Positions 17,072 through 26,588 of a stretch of 64,000 bases of DNA are shown here, in pieces. Position 1 is the first letter of the stretch. The number at the start of each line of letters is the position of its first letter. Source of the DNA: a virus. Lineage: Duplodnaviria; Caudoviricetes. The position numbers were made by a program, and so were the translations under genes. The notes under the pieces are model-generated. The model was given only the letters and a program-made list of their open reading frames with translations. It made no database searches and was not told the origin of the DNA. The stretch lies in IMG/VR virus record IMGVR_UViG_3300012038_000181, positions 8,533 to 72,532 of that record. One strand, given 5' to 3'.

Positions 17072-17328
17072 TGAGACTCCTTCGTCTTTCGTTCCCACGT
17101 AGTCCAGCGCCCGCGAGACTGAGCGCATATTTGATTACGAGCATGATAACCATCTGATTCCATCCATCCGGCGAACACGTCCCACGGCTTATCGCCCTTC
17201 TGAATTGTGTCGCCTTCGTCAATAAGGGAGTACCCGTTTTCGGGGGTGATCGGATCGCCGTAACAGTCTCGACCGTAGCGCGGTTGGGCCATCAACTCGA
17301 ACCGATCAAACTCATCTAGCGTTCTCAT
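17068..17328 (-). CDS. hypothetical protein
   Basis: Start MRTLDEF lies within the 19-bp RBS repeat. Confidence 0.55.
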   Translation of the reverse strand: MRTLDEFDRFELMAQPRYGRDCYGDPITPENGYSLIDEGDTIQKGDKPWDVFAGWMESDGYHARNQICAQSRGRWTTWERKTKESQ

Positions 17329-17537
17329 TCCCTCTCCTTCGGCTCCCAATAGAGTTCCAGCCAATCGTAAAAGCGTGGCAGTGCGGAATCATCGTGGAAC
17401 GGATCAAACGCGGTCCCTCGAATCTTCTCCGCTAAACTAGGCCGTTCCATTTCCAGCGTGTTAAATGCGGTCTGTCCTAGACGCCATTGTTTAGGGCACA
17501 TCTCACTAACTAACTGCTTAAAGTGCTCAAGTGTCAT
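17325..17537 (-). CDS. hypothetical protein between the RBS repeats
   Basis: MTLEHF...WRLGQTAFNTL; AAGGAG RBS. Confidence 0.65.
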   Translation of the reverse strand: MTLEHFKQLVSEMCPKQWRLGQTAFNTLEMERPSLAEKIRGTAFDPFHDDSALPRFYDWLELYWEPKERE

Positions 17538-17552
17538 TCCCTCTCCTTCGGC
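17325..17552 (-). repeat. 19-bp perfect direct repeats (RBS plus ATG) flanking a 70-aa gene
   Basis: TCATTCCCTCTCCTTCGGC at 17325-17343 and 17534-17552. Confidence 0.9.
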
Positions 17553-17567
17553 CTGTAGAGTTCAGCC

Positions 17568-17741
17568 TTACTTTCCTTCTGATAGCCGCTTGGTTTCGTT
17601 TACCACGACTCGCTGGTAGGCCGCAGACACAAGGCGTTCTAGTAAGCGATATTGTTTCTCGCCCGTCTTTTCGGCAATCTTGCGTACCAACATCAACGTG
17701 CGTGGCGTAATCTTCGTGGTAATTAAAGTCTCAGTAGTCAT
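17568..17741 (-). CDS. small ribbon-helix-helix-like protein with its own promoter
   Basis: MTTETLITTKITPRTLMLVRKIAEKTGEKQYRLLERLVSAAYQRV...; TAGACA-N17-TATAAA at 17777-17749 just upstream (near-leaderless). Confidence 0.55.
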   Translation of the reverse strand: MTTETLITTKITPRTLMLVRKIAEKTGEKQYRLLERLVSAAYQRVVVNETKRLSEGK

Positions 17742-17787
17742 GGGTAACTTTATACACCTTCACAAGAAATCTGTCTACACCTTTTTT

Positions 17788-18081
17788 CTACCACACCGAC
17801 CATTTGAATGTCCGATCTGCCTTCTTCCAGTATGGAAGTATCAACAGCGGGAGTTCCTTGAATTCAACTTGCTGCTCTCGTTCTGCTTCGCGGTCATACA
17901 CGTCTTGTTTGGCTCGTAGCAGAGAGAGTTGATAGTCATGCTCATAGCGGGCTAAGAGGTTGTGACTTTGCAGATCATCTGTGCCCCTGGGAGTGGCACG
18001 TTTATTTAGTGGCTCACCACATTCTCGGCAGTTGACTTCATTCGGGGTGGCGATGTTGCAAGTAGCGCAGAGGACTAGCAT
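17788..18081 (-). CDS. zinc-ribbon hypothetical protein
   Basis: CATC...CRECG. Confidence 0.55.
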   Translation of the reverse strand: MLVLCATCNIATPNEVNCRECGEPLNKRATPRGTDDLQSHNLLARYEHDYQLSLLRAKQDVYDREAEREQQVEFKELPLLILPYWKKADRTFKWSVW

Positions 18082-18326
18082 CGGGTTTCTCCTTTTTGGT
18101 GATAGTCGGTACGGAAAGAAACGGGGAGCGTGGCGTTCGTGCGCTTGGCAAGTAGTCGCAAGTTTTTCTTGTACTCAGTGGCGCGTCGGACGTTACAGCC
18201 GCGACAGTAGATAGACTTCCCCGTTCGGTCGCCCCGTGTGTCGTAGTAGGCGTTACGGCCAAAGGCTTCGTCGGGTAACATGGTTCCGTAGTGTTCGCAT
18301 TGGGGATCGCGGCAGAGTCTACTCAT
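18075..18326 (-). CDS. Cys-rich hypothetical protein
   Basis: MSRLCRDPQC...KSIYCRGC. Confidence 0.55.
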   Translation of the reverse strand: MSRLCRDPQCEHYGTMLPDEAFGRNAYYDTRGDRTGKSIYCRGCNVRRATEYKKNLRLLAKRTNATLPVSFRTDYHQKGETRC

Positions 18327-18792
18327 GGTTGCACGCCGCTCCGTAAGTGTAGTCGCGCCCAAGTACGGGGTGTCGCTTCTCGAACAAGTAGGTTCCGGTT
18401 CCATTGCACTTCGGACAAACGGATGACCCGCGATAGTCGTACTGCCCGATTCTTGGTAATGCATGGCGTTCGGTTTCCTTGATGGTCTTCCACGCGGCAC
18501 AAACCTCCGACACGTCCATCAAAAAACTTGAGTTTCGGTTACGGCGAGCATGGACAAACATTTCTGCTACGCGGTGTTCGGGAACCACGTCTTGCAACGC
18601 TTCCGTCCACGTCGCTACCATCAACTCAAACTCGACGCCTTCAGGACGCGACGGATTCCCCGCGAACATCTTGGTTAACTGTTCCGCTACTTTCATCCCG
18701 TAACTTTTGGACAACCGAGAGGAGTCCGTTGAAAGAGGCTGACCTTCGCTCATTAGCCGTTGTAAATCCGTTGTTGGGTTTATTCGATCCAT
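18319..18792 (-). CDS. putative helicase loader (lambda P/G39P-like position and fold)
   Basis: Directly follows the initiator; ATWTEALQDV...ARRNRNSSF pattern; C-terminal CPKC; start uncertain. Confidence 0.45.
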   Translation of the reverse strand: MDRINPTTDLQRLMSEGQPLSTDSSRLSKSYGMKVAEQLTKMFAGNPSRPEGVEFELMVATWTEALQDVVPEHRVAEMFVHARRNRNSSFLMDVSEVCAAWKTIKETERHALPRIGQYDYRGSSVCPKCNGTGTYLFEKRHPVLGRDYTYGAACNHE

Positions 18793-19486
18793 TGGTTTCC
18801 TTTCGTGTTTCTAGTTCTCGTAGTCGATTACGAAACGTGGCGTCCCAATCCAGCTTGCGACCCCGCGCACCTGCGACCCCGCACCAATAATCTCGGAACT
18901 CCGCGAGCGCGGCGTCAACGTCTACGTGCGCGGCGTTAGACTCCGACCAAAGCCTTAAATCCGGCGATAAGGAAAAATCACTTGGTAGCCTCGTTCCGCG
19001 AGCCTCAGCGGAGCGCGTAGCGCGAGGCACTGTTGTTGTCTTTTCTTTTGTATTAGAAGATGAAATAGAAGATGAAGAAGAAAAAGAAGTGTTGAACGAG
19101 TCCGGTTGCCCTTTGGTTGCACCACCCTGTTGCGGGGTTATGTCTTTGCGCTTCTTGCGTTTGTGAGCACTCGCCTTGCCGCCCTTCGCAGATTTCTCGC
19201 GCCAAATCTTTTGCTTTTCGCGTTCAATTTCAAGCCTAGTGTGAACCATCCTTGAACCATTTGTGGGGTCTATTTTGAATCGCGCTAGCACCACCCTTAT
19301 ATCGGTGGTTGAACCACCCTTGCAGAGCATAGAGATAGCACTAGGTTCGGCGGGTATGCTTCCCTCACGCCAACAGTAGGCGAGCAGCCGAATGTAGATA
19401 CCTTCTTGTCGTAGCGTCATCAACTGAACATGCTCGTCTGCGAGATATTCAGCTGCATAAAACTGAAACGCGGGGGAAGATGCCAT
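18641..19486 (-). CDS. replication initiator, YdaU/DUF1376 family
   Basis: MASSPAFQFYAAEYLAD...EGIYIRLLAYCWREGSIP; Ser-rich linker; C-terminal RGTRLPSDF...KLDWDATFRN. Confidence 0.85.
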   Translation of the reverse strand: MASSPAFQFYAAEYLADEHVQLMTLRQEGIYIRLLAYCWREGSIPAEPSAISMLCKGGSTTDIRVVLARFKIDPTNGSRMVHTRLEIEREKQKIWREKSAKGGKASAHKRKKRKDITPQQGGATKGQPDSFNTSFSSSSSISSSNTKEKTTTVPRATRSAEARGTRLPSDFSLSPDLRLWSESNAAHVDVDAALAEFRDYWCGVAGARGRKLDWDATFRNRLRELETRKETNGSNKPNNGFTTANERRSASFNGLLSVVQKLRDESSGTVNQDVRGESVAS

Positions 19487-19776
19487 CAGAGTTTCTCCTT
19501 TGGCAATGTGAGCGGATACAAGATTTCATAACAGAGCATTTTGGAGCCGTTTTTGGGTAACGGTGGTGTGCGAGGTTTTAGTAGTCCTAGATGTACCATG
19601 TGCTCTAGGCGTGTTTCGAGTTTACGTGGGCCTAATGTGGTTGCCTCACGGAGCCAATCCTCACTGCAGGTAGCAATGCGGCGGGGGCTAGATATGCAAT
19701 GAAGAACGGAAAGAACTACTTTGTTGCGGCCTTTGACTTGGGGGTCAAGGATTATCTGCTTAAGTTCATTGGACAT
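19486..19776 (-). CDS. winged-HTH-like protein
   Basis: Precedes the initiator with a TGATG overlap; LREATTLGPRKLETRLEHMVHLGLL helix pattern. Confidence 0.45.
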   Translation of the reverse strand: MSNELKQIILDPQVKGRNKVVLSVLHCISSPRRIATCSEDWLREATTLGPRKLETRLEHMVHLGLLKPRTPPLPKNGSKMLCYEILYPLTLPKEKL

Positions 19777-19978
19777 AGAAAACGACCTTTCACCGTCGCG
19801 CTCGCGTTTGGCTCGACCTTCTGCCAGTCTCCTCAAAAGACAGAAATCGTGTGCGAAACGCGACTGTGAAAAGTCGCTAAGGAGACGTTAACGCTGGAGC
19901 CAGCAGCGCGTCAATTCAGTTGTCAAAAAGCGAAGGGATTGTAACACTCTAAACACGAACGCTACAATCCCTTTTTCG

Positions 19979-20599
19979 CTAGAAGGGAATGTCGTCAGTG
20001 TCGTCTCCGAGTGGTGGTGCGGATGCCTTCTTAGGTTCCGGTGCGCCATTCTCGATGTAACTCCACTCCTCTGACTTCTTAATGATCGCCTTGATGCCAT
20101 CACTCAATTCGTCAAACTTCTCATGGTCGAAGTTTTCTTCATCAAGCCAAAAGGTTGAAGACGGGTGTACCTGTGGCGGGCAAGTCGTGTTCTTAGGCAA
20201 TCCTGAGACGGTAGCAACCTTTGTTTTGCCGTTCTCTCTCGACACTATGGTCAAGAGACACGGAACGCCTAGAATCGACTCTAAATCGAATTTCTGGAGT
20301 TCGGCGTCAGTGAAACCTCTACCACGCCACGCTTCCAAATCAGCCCTCAAGTTAGCCTTCTCGCCAAGCGAGTTGGTGTAGAAGCGACTGGTAGTGATCG
20401 GGCGCATCTCGTTCTCGATACTAATGAGTTCTTCGGGCAGTTCCCAGGTCACCAAGATTTGATTGCGTCGGGTTGGTTGGCCCATGTACTCGCCGTGCTG
20501 TGTACCTAAATCGGTGATGCGAATACAGCGGGCTATGTGTGTTCCTTGTGGTGCGGGAGTGAAAGAACCTCCACCTGAATCGTTCGCGTATCTTCCCAT
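19979..20599 (-). CDS. phage SSB-like protein (NGO0469-type)
   Basis: PQGTHIARCIRITDLGTQ...WEL...SLGEKANLRADLEAWRG; acidic DDTDDIPF tail. Confidence 0.8.
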   Translation of the reverse strand: MGRYANDSGGGSFTPAPQGTHIARCIRITDLGTQHGEYMGQPTRRNQILVTWELPEELISIENEMRPITTSRFYTNSLGEKANLRADLEAWRGRGFTDAELQKFDLESILGVPCLLTIVSRENGKTKVATVSGLPKNTTCPPQVHPSSTFWLDEENFDHEKFDELSDGIKAIIKKSEEWSYIENGAPEPKKASAPPLGDDTDDIPF

Positions 20600-20625
20600 T
20601 TCTACTTATTCTCCTTCTTCTGCTT

Positions 20626-20985
20626 TTAAGTTCTGTGTCGTTGTTGTATTTGCCATTCATCGCGCAGGTTTGCGCCCATTGATTGACAGGCTGAAAGCTG
20701 TTCCTTTGTTATATCAAGAACAGTTTTCAAGTATTTGTACTTCACGTCAGCGGTCAAAAACCGCTTGTATTCCCCTTGACACTTACCGTCTGCAATAGCC
20801 TTCTTTTGCTGAACGGTTCCCTCTGCTCGTAAAACTTCTTGACCGTGTTTATCTTCGTAAATCCCGCGACTGGTAGCGTACTCATCTCCCGCCTTGTAAA
20901 TCTCCGTAACTACTTCGTTAGCACGTTGAATCAGCCGCCAGATTTCTTCGTTTACGTCCGATGGTTTTAGGGGCGTTTGCCTCAT
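20626..20985 (-). CDS. coiled-coil recombination-region protein
   Basis: 119 aa helical ORF between the nuclease and SSB. Confidence 0.55.
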   Translation of the reverse strand: MRQTPLKPSDVNEEIWRLIQRANEVVTEIYKAGDEYATSRGIYEDKHGQEVLRAEGTVQQKKAIADGKCQGEYKRFLTADVKYKYLKTVLDITKEQLSACQSMGANLRDEWQIQQRHRT

Positions 20986-21773
20986 GCCTTAACCACTCCT
21001 TCGCCAATCGCTACGCAAGTTTCGATGAAACTGCAATAACCGCACGGCCACTTGCTGTAAGGCACTTCTTTGAGTGGGTCACGGATGATCGCCCCGCAGT
21101 ATTCGCGTTCAGGTATTTTACCCTCACGAGCGAGTGTAACGATAGCTTTTAATCGTGCAATTTCACGCTGAATTTCTTCCTCAAAGTCTGAGACTTTGAA
21201 TCTCCACTCTGCTATAATTCTCTCGTCCTTTGTGGCAGTTTTGCGAGCATAAACGATGCAAAGATAGTCACAGTTAATTGATTTGGCAGAGATGCCTACT
21301 TGCAGAACGTGTTCGGGTTTTGGCCCCTCTGCTTTTTGGTCTTTCTTGTTCCATCGACCATTAGATTTAAGACGGTCGCCTGTGGCTAACTTGAAACCAA
21401 AGTCGGACGTGGATTTAATTTCACAGCACACGCTCTTTGAATCATCTGATGGATATTTCAAGTCGGCGCGACAAGTAATAAAGTCTTCGATAACTCCGTT
21501 GACTTCCTTTTCTGCGTCAGGAATCTTGGCGAGCATGGCCGCTTGGATTTTGTCGTGAATAGCATCGCCCACGTAGAAGTTGAACAACGAGTCTCCGGTC
21601 ATTGGGCTAGACGCTTCAACGCCAAGCACGCGGAATCCGATAGCACGGGCGCAACCACCAGCGGATGACGCATTCGCATGTAACTGATCGGCCAAAAGAG
21701 ACGGAGCACGCTCGCGCTGATCGCGTTCGGCAACAAGGTGTTCAAAGAGAATATCTTGAATCTTAGGTAGCAT
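20982..21773 (-). CDS. PD-(D/E)XK Cas4-like exonuclease
   Basis: ASSAGGCAR, GDAIHD, RADL...EIKS, QV motif, terminal CGYCSF...C. Confidence 0.8.
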   Translation of the reverse strand: MLPKIQDILFEHLVAERDQRERAPSLLADQLHANASSAGGCARAIGFRVLGVEASSPMTGDSLFNFYVGDAIHDKIQAAMLAKIPDAEKEVNGVIEDFITCRADLKYPSDDSKSVCCEIKSTSDFGFKLATGDRLKSNGRWNKKDQKAEGPKPEHVLQVGISAKSINCDYLCIVYARKTATKDERIIAEWRFKVSDFEEEIQREIARLKAIVTLAREGKIPEREYCGAIIRDPLKEVPYSKWPCGYCSFIETCVAIGEGVVKA

Positions 21774-21959
21774 TTATTTCCTCTTGGTCAGCCCCTACGC
21801 ATTCAGCGCAAAGGGAATCGGGCGAACAATGTTCATTAGGCCACACACCAACATCATAAACATCTTCAAAAACGCGCCAAGGTTCCTGCTCACCGTACTG
21901 AGAGGTTTCAACCTCACGGCGGGATAGATCGTCAACAAGGGACTTAGTTGATTGGTACA

Positions 21960-22226
21960 TTACGCGGCGTCTCCTTTCACCTCGACACATTTCGCCCCCT
22001 TACAGCCCTCAAGCGCATCGAACATCTCTTGAATCTTGATTACCTCTCGCTTGCCGTTCCACTCTACGGTTATCGTCTCAGCCACGTTAAGCACCAAGAG
22101 AAAGTCCGCTTGTGGCGCAGGGGGAGCAGTGATAGTGATGGTGTCAGCCTTTAGTTTCTGCGCTTGGGCGGTCATGCTTCCGACCATCACGGCAAATAAC
22201 GCTTGTACTGCGGTTCTTCGATTCAT
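21960..22226 (-). CDS. small exported protein
   Basis: MNRRTAVQALFAVMVGSMTAQA|Q signal-like N-terminus. Confidence 0.5.
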   Translation of the reverse strand: MNRRTAVQALFAVMVGSMTAQAQKLKADTITITAPPAPQADFLLVLNVAETITVEWNGKREVIKIQEMFDALEGCKGAKCVEVKGDAA

Positions 22227-22523
22227 CGGTAATACTCCTCTAAACTAATTCCCAACCCTTTTGCATCTTCAGCGGCAAAACAATCTTGGCACACGAGCTT
22301 TCCACCTTCCATTACTCCACAGTAAACATCTGTACATCTGAACCATCCTTTATGCTCAGGACAGAAATGCCGTTGAGAAGGAAAGATTGCTGAATGTAGA
22401 ACAGCAGCGCGTGTAGTCATTAGCTCACCGCCCACAGTAAAGCCGCATAAGCGACGACAATTAAAATCACTACTGCTAGTCCAAAGCAGTCTTGTTGAAA
22501 GTTACTTTTGTCCATTTTGTCTC

Positions 22524-23051
22524 CTACCGATCCACAAACCAAACGAATATCAAGATGCCGCCAACGGTCACCATGATTATCAGCACTGTGACTATTAGAC
22601 CGCCAATCCAATCCCACAAAAGAACGTGGTGAGCCTTCCACCAAACGCCCTCAAACACTCCGAGCATTGCGCCCGCCTCTCCCTGCTCTTGTTGGGTAAT
22701 TTGTTGAATTGCGGTCTGGTACTGAAACGATGTAACATCCATCTTTTCAATCTCGTGCAATCGTCCCTGAAGGCTCTTTAACGCTTCCATATTGCGGTCG
22801 AAGCTGTTGTCGGGCGTAGGGTAGATGAGGGCGTTGTGTTGCCCCTCTAACCCTTGACTCTCTAGTGCCACCACGTAGCGATCTACATACTCGGCTTTCT
22901 TAGCAATCGTTGAACTCTTATCAGCTAAGTTCCAATACGCACCAATGGCTAAGTTGTAAGCGTAGTCGGCGCGTATCGCAGCGACTCCCATAATCGTACC
23001 CACAATCAGTGAAACAACCACTAAGACTGAACCAATAACGAGTTTTTTCAT
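22524..23051 (-). CDS. two-TM membrane protein
   Basis: Hydrophobic N- and C-terminal helices around a soluble loop; GGAGG RBS. Confidence 0.7.
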   Translation of the reverse strand: MKKLVIGSVLVVVSLIVGTIMGVAAIRADYAYNLAIGAYWNLADKSSTIAKKAEYVDRYVVALESQGLEGQHNALIYPTPDNSFDRNMEALKSLQGRLHEIEKMDVTSFQYQTAIQQITQQEQGEAGAMLGVFEGVWWKAHHVLLWDWIGGLIVTVLIIMVTVGGILIFVWFVDR

Positions 23052-23164
23052 TTACCAAACCTCCCGCAAGATATTAAACCCCACCACCATGAACCAGAGG
23101 ACGACTAGTACGATGCCTACGCGGGCAACGGTAGGTAAGTTGAAGAAGCTATCCAGTAAGCGGT

Positions 23165-23416
23165 TCATTCGTCGTAATCCCCTCTCAGGTTTCTTGGTTC
23201 ATCATCTACTTCAGTAGCCCGACGCTTCCACTTGGCTATTGCTTCGTCTCGGTCATAGGAAGTAGGGCCAGCGGCTTCACAGCGGGTACACATCACATAG
23301 AAGAAATCCTTCCCTACCGCCAAGCCGCTCTCAGGGTCTCGTTCTATATCCATATCCCGTGCTACATCTAAGTCAGATGAGCCGCAGAAGGGGCAGAATC
23401 CTAAGTTTTTATTCAT
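23165..23416 (-). CDS. lar: Lar-family restriction alleviation protein
   Basis: CPFCGS...YVMCTRCEAAGP...EAIAKWKRRA. Confidence 0.8.
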   Translation of the reverse strand: MNKNLGFCPFCGSSDLDVARDMDIERDPESGLAVGKDFFYVMCTRCEAAGPTSYDRDEAIAKWKRRATEVDDEPRNLRGDYDE

Positions 23417-23560
23417 CGTGGATTCCTATCAAGGCATTTTTGGCAAACATAGATGGTCGAATAATAGCCAACGCTCTCGTCATTATCGTCCACGGGGTAG
23501 GTATTGACATTCTCCGCGCCACAATGCTCACAAGCGTGGATGACATCTTCTTCTGGCTCG

Positions 23561-23761
23561 TCACTCATTGCTCATCCGTCCTCTCAGATCGTCTGCAACA
23601 GACCTCATCCCAACTTGGTTGGCTTCAAACAGAAGTCGCTGCCCCAACATCCCTATTCTGGTAATCAAGGCAATCTCACCTATTCCCTTCGCCTGCCGAT
23701 TTAACTCAATCAGCGTCTCAAGCCATTCCTCAAGTATTTCTGGAAATTCACGGTTAGCCAT
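23561..23761 (-). CDS. hypothetical protein, first gene of the leftward arm
   Basis: GAAAGG RBS before MANREF; the ORF-track TTG start at 23821 is part of a -35 box. Confidence 0.6.
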   Translation of the reverse strand: MANREFPEILEEWLETLIELNRQAKGIGEIALITRIGMLGQRLLFEANQVGMRSVADDLRGRMSNE

Positions 23762-23791
23762 GTTTGGTTTCCTTTCAATCGAAGCAAGCGA

Positions 23792-23871
23792 ACCATACGC
23801 TCTAGCTTTACTATCTGTCAAGCACTTTCTGAATTATTTTCTTGACTAGTGGTAAAGTGATGTTCTAGGAT
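23792..23871. promoter_or_regulatory. back-to-back divergent promoters
   Basis: Minus strand TTGACA (23821-23816), N18, TATGGT (23797-23792); plus strand TTGACT (23842-23847), N18, TAGGAT (23866-23871). Confidence 0.7.
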
Positions 23872-23879
23872 GTAGTGCG

Positions 23880-24065
23880 ATGGCATACTTAAGCATACCC
23901 GAAACAGCCGAACGGATCGGCGTGTCGCGCCAAGCGGTGTACGACATGATCAAGCGTGAAGAATTAAAGACTGTCTTTATCGCGGGGCATCAAGTTGTGA
24001 GCGCGAGAGTGGCCGATAGAATCAAGGCAGAACGCGCAGCCAAGACCAACGGCAAAGAAAAGTGA
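23880..24065 (+). CDS. Cro/excisionase-like HTH protein, probably leaderless
   Basis: LSIPETAERIGVSRQAVYDMIKREEL; ATG 8 nt after the -10 box, no SD. Confidence 0.75.
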   Translation: MAYLSIPETAERIGVSRQAVYDMIKREELKTVFIAGHQVVSARVADRIKAERAAKTNGKEK

Positions 24066-24163
24066 ATCAATGATCCAGCTCATCAAATTATCATCTATTG
24101 CTTTGGGGTTGACGTTGGCGGTTGGCTTGGTGGCTTTACTGAGGGAACGAACGAGATAAAAGC

Positions 24164-24379
24164 ATGAACGGAATTGAGTATCTATACACCGAAGGCAAGA
24201 TAGGGGATCGTCTTACCGCTGTGCCTGTTCGAATCTCAGGCTCAACAACGATTGTTGGCGAGATTAGGCCCGTCGATGGCGGTTGGCAGTATTTACCAAA
24301 ACAGCAAAAGACTGGCAGTGATGTGTTCGCAACCATGGCCGAATGCCAACGAGATATAGAAGGGGATAACTCTCAGTAG
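24164..24379 (+). CDS. hypothetical protein
   Basis: 71-aa ORF in the rightward operon. Confidence 0.55.
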   Translation: MNGIEYLYTEGKIGDRLTAVPVRISGSTTIVGEIRPVDGGWQYLPKQQKTGSDVFATMAECQRDIEGDNSQ

Positions 24380-24420
24380 CGACGGTAACGGATCGAAAGA
24401 CATTTAGGGAGCGTGCAGCG

Positions 24421-24612
24421 ATGGAGTGGACGAAACTGAAAGCACTAGAAACACTGATCCGCGAAGGTCAGCGCGACAACGTAACCAAAGCAGGCTTGCA
24501 GCGCGTCGAAGCGGCGTGTAAGACGTTGGAATTAGACGTAGCGGAGACGGCGGCGATCAAGTTAGTGCTGGAGTTCCCTGCTCCGCCCAACACAAAAAAG
24601 GACGAGTCTTAA
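24421..24612 (+). CDS. hypothetical protein
   Basis: GGAG RBS; 63 aa. Confidence 0.55.
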   Translation: MEWTKLKALETLIREGQRDNVTKAGLQRVEAACKTLELDVAETAAIKLVLEFPAPPNTKKDES

Positions 24613-24767
24613 TGTGGCGACGGTTTAAGTGTTGGGTCATAGGCCACGACTGGAAGGGCGATCCGAAGGATGCCACAATCCATCTGTGTTTCAGGTGTTG
24701 GCAGACTCGGAAGTGTTTCATCTGTCCGCAATGCGGGTCGATAGTTACTCAGGAAGCCAAAGGGTAA
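24612..24767 (+). CDS. small Cys/His protein (DUF1660-like)
   Basis: Hand translation MWRRFKCWVIGHDW...CFRC...CPQCG; TAATG overlap. Confidence 0.55.
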   Translation: MWRRFKCWVIGHDWKGDPKDATIHLCFRCWQTRKCFICPQCGSIVTQEAKG

Positions 24768-24935
24768 ACTTAATGGCTGAACCAGAGAAACCAGCAAGCG
24801 AGAAGGGGCACATCTTTACGACTTGCGTTCTTATAGCAACTATTTGGATAGCGTCTTGGATGGGAAGTTGCGGTGCCGATAGTAAATTCAAGAAACTGCA
24901 CGACCGCTTAGACAGAATGGAAAGGTGCAAGTGAG

Positions 24936-25130
24936 ATGGCAGTCAAGAGAACGACATTTGCGGAGTTTAAGATCGCCCACGAAGGACGCGGAGACTCGGT
25001 AATGCAGCTCGCGTACTACGCTCAACTTCTCTCTGACGACAAAGAGCTTCAGGAAGCGGGTGCGGCGGCGATAGCGGCAGAAGATAAGTTCCATGAGTTG
25101 CTACATGATCGCGGTTTCAATCGCGGCTGA
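24936..25130 (+). CDS. hypothetical protein
   Basis: 64-aa ORF in the operon. Confidence 0.55.
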   Translation: MAVKRTTFAEFKIAHEGRGDSVMQLAYYAQLLSDDKELQEAGAAAIAAEDKFHELLHDRGFNRG

Positions 25131-25305
25131 ACGCTATCAACGAAACTGTTAAGGAGTGAGAATGGAAACTGTTCCGATTATTAGTGACGCATTCCTAGCC
25201 GTGCAACCGCAAGCCACCGCGCCAAATGGTGACTATCGAAGCTGCTCACCTTCAAGGAGTGAGTTGTTAGTGCGGCAATTTGAGGAGCAACAAAAGAGTT
25301 GAGCA

Positions 25306-25512
25306 GTGAAACGTGATCTACACCATACGCAACGAGACCTGGCAGAGCGCAACGATGCTCTGTTAGTTAAGTGTCCTTACTGTAAGGCAGTGGTCGGAGA
25401 GTTATGTTGGGGCATAAGTTCATCATCAGGCAAGCCCGTAAAGAAGCCGCACGTACCTCATAAACAACGGGTGTTAGCGTTAGTAGCACAGAGATTGAAA
25501 GAAAAAGAATGA
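25306..25512 (+). CDS. zinc-finger hypothetical protein
   Basis: CPYCKA...C...H...R pattern. Confidence 0.55.
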   Translation: MKRDLHHTQRDLAERNDALLVKCPYCKAVVGELCWGISSSSGKPVKKPHVPHKQRVLALVAQRLKEKE

Positions 25513-25685
25513 ATCCTCATCTCTTCGTTTGAAGTGCCTAGTACTCTGACGTAACTTTGCGTTCAAACAGCGTCCCGTGACCCTCAGAGCAGGAATACAA
25601 ACAAGTCGATAGATACCTCTCACAGTCCCGACAAATGCGCTCATAGCAGCCGCAATCTCTCGCCGGAAGGGTTGTTACCACACCG

Positions 25686-26198
25686 CTACAACAGATTACG
25701 CTCTTGCCACGTCTCAATCTTAAATTCGGTGTCTTTGGCTTCTTTGACGAGCCGTCGATAGAACGCTGCCCGCGTTTCATATTTGATATGTCCTGACTTG
25801 GTTCCTATGTCTGTGCGAAACACGTAGATCGGAAGTTCGCGCTTCTTAGCCATCTTAATCATGTGCTTAGTGCCCGTTGAGCGTCCGTCCCAAATCGCTA
25901 TTAGAGCCTCAGCATGAACAGCCATTAACTCGTTGCGTCTCAGACCTGCTCTAGCGTCGTACTTCTGCCCCCACTTATTTCTCTTTATGAGCGCGTTCGG
26001 GTGTGTTAAATTCGTCCAATCCGGCTCAAATTGCTCAACCGGAACTGAATTTCGTTCAGCCCACATCATTGCAAAGGTATCAACGCCCTTAGCACAGCCT
26101 GAAATGACTTCTGTAACTTCAAATCCTGAATCTTCAATCGCCCATTCAATGACTTCAGGATCAGTTACATCTCTAGAGCCAGCGATAACAACCTTCAT
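25686..26198 (-). CDS. SLOG-family (DUF2493/YspA-like) protein
   Basis: MKVVIAGSR, VISGCAKGVD, RNELMA...LIAIWDGRSTGTKHMI. Confidence 0.85.
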   Translation of the reverse strand: MKVVIAGSRDVTDPEVIEWAIEDSGFEVTEVISGCAKGVDTFAMMWAERNSVPVEQFEPDWTNLTHPNALIKRNKWGQKYDARAGLRRNELMAVHAEALIAIWDGRSTGTKHMIKMAKKRELPIYVFRTDIGTKSGHIKYETRAAFYRRLVKEAKDTEFKIETWQERNLL

Positions 26199-26304
26199 CT
26201 TCAGCAACCTCTTAAATCTTGATCTTTAAGATGCCCCCACTTACAAACAATACTACCATTGTGTTTTTAGTTGAACATTTCCTTTAACCTCTGAACCGAG
26301 TAAG

Positions 26305-26545
26305 AGTTACACGAATAATGTAAAACTTACATACCATCTACTATGTAAGAATTACACGGTTGTAGGTTTACTGAGGATTTCGATTGAAAATAATTTGCTC
26401 CGAACGGCTAAAAAGTGAAGATTTCGCTTGACAGCTTTTTGGGGAAACGCGGAGAGAAACGCAACTGTGTAATTTTTACATACCTCATGGTGTTTCACGA
26501 CTTGGTTACAAAAGGATTGCCAATTAGACCACCTACGGTCATAAT
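26305..26545 (+). promoter_or_regulatory. putative late promoter region of the lysis operon
   Basis: TTGCCA (26517-26522), N17, CATAAT (26540-26545); upstream TTGACA (26428) and several TTACA/TGTAA inverted boxes. Confidence 0.6.
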
Positions 26546-26588
26546 GCGCGGCGAAATGAAGCAAACCCCTAAAGGAGCCTCCACCTAA

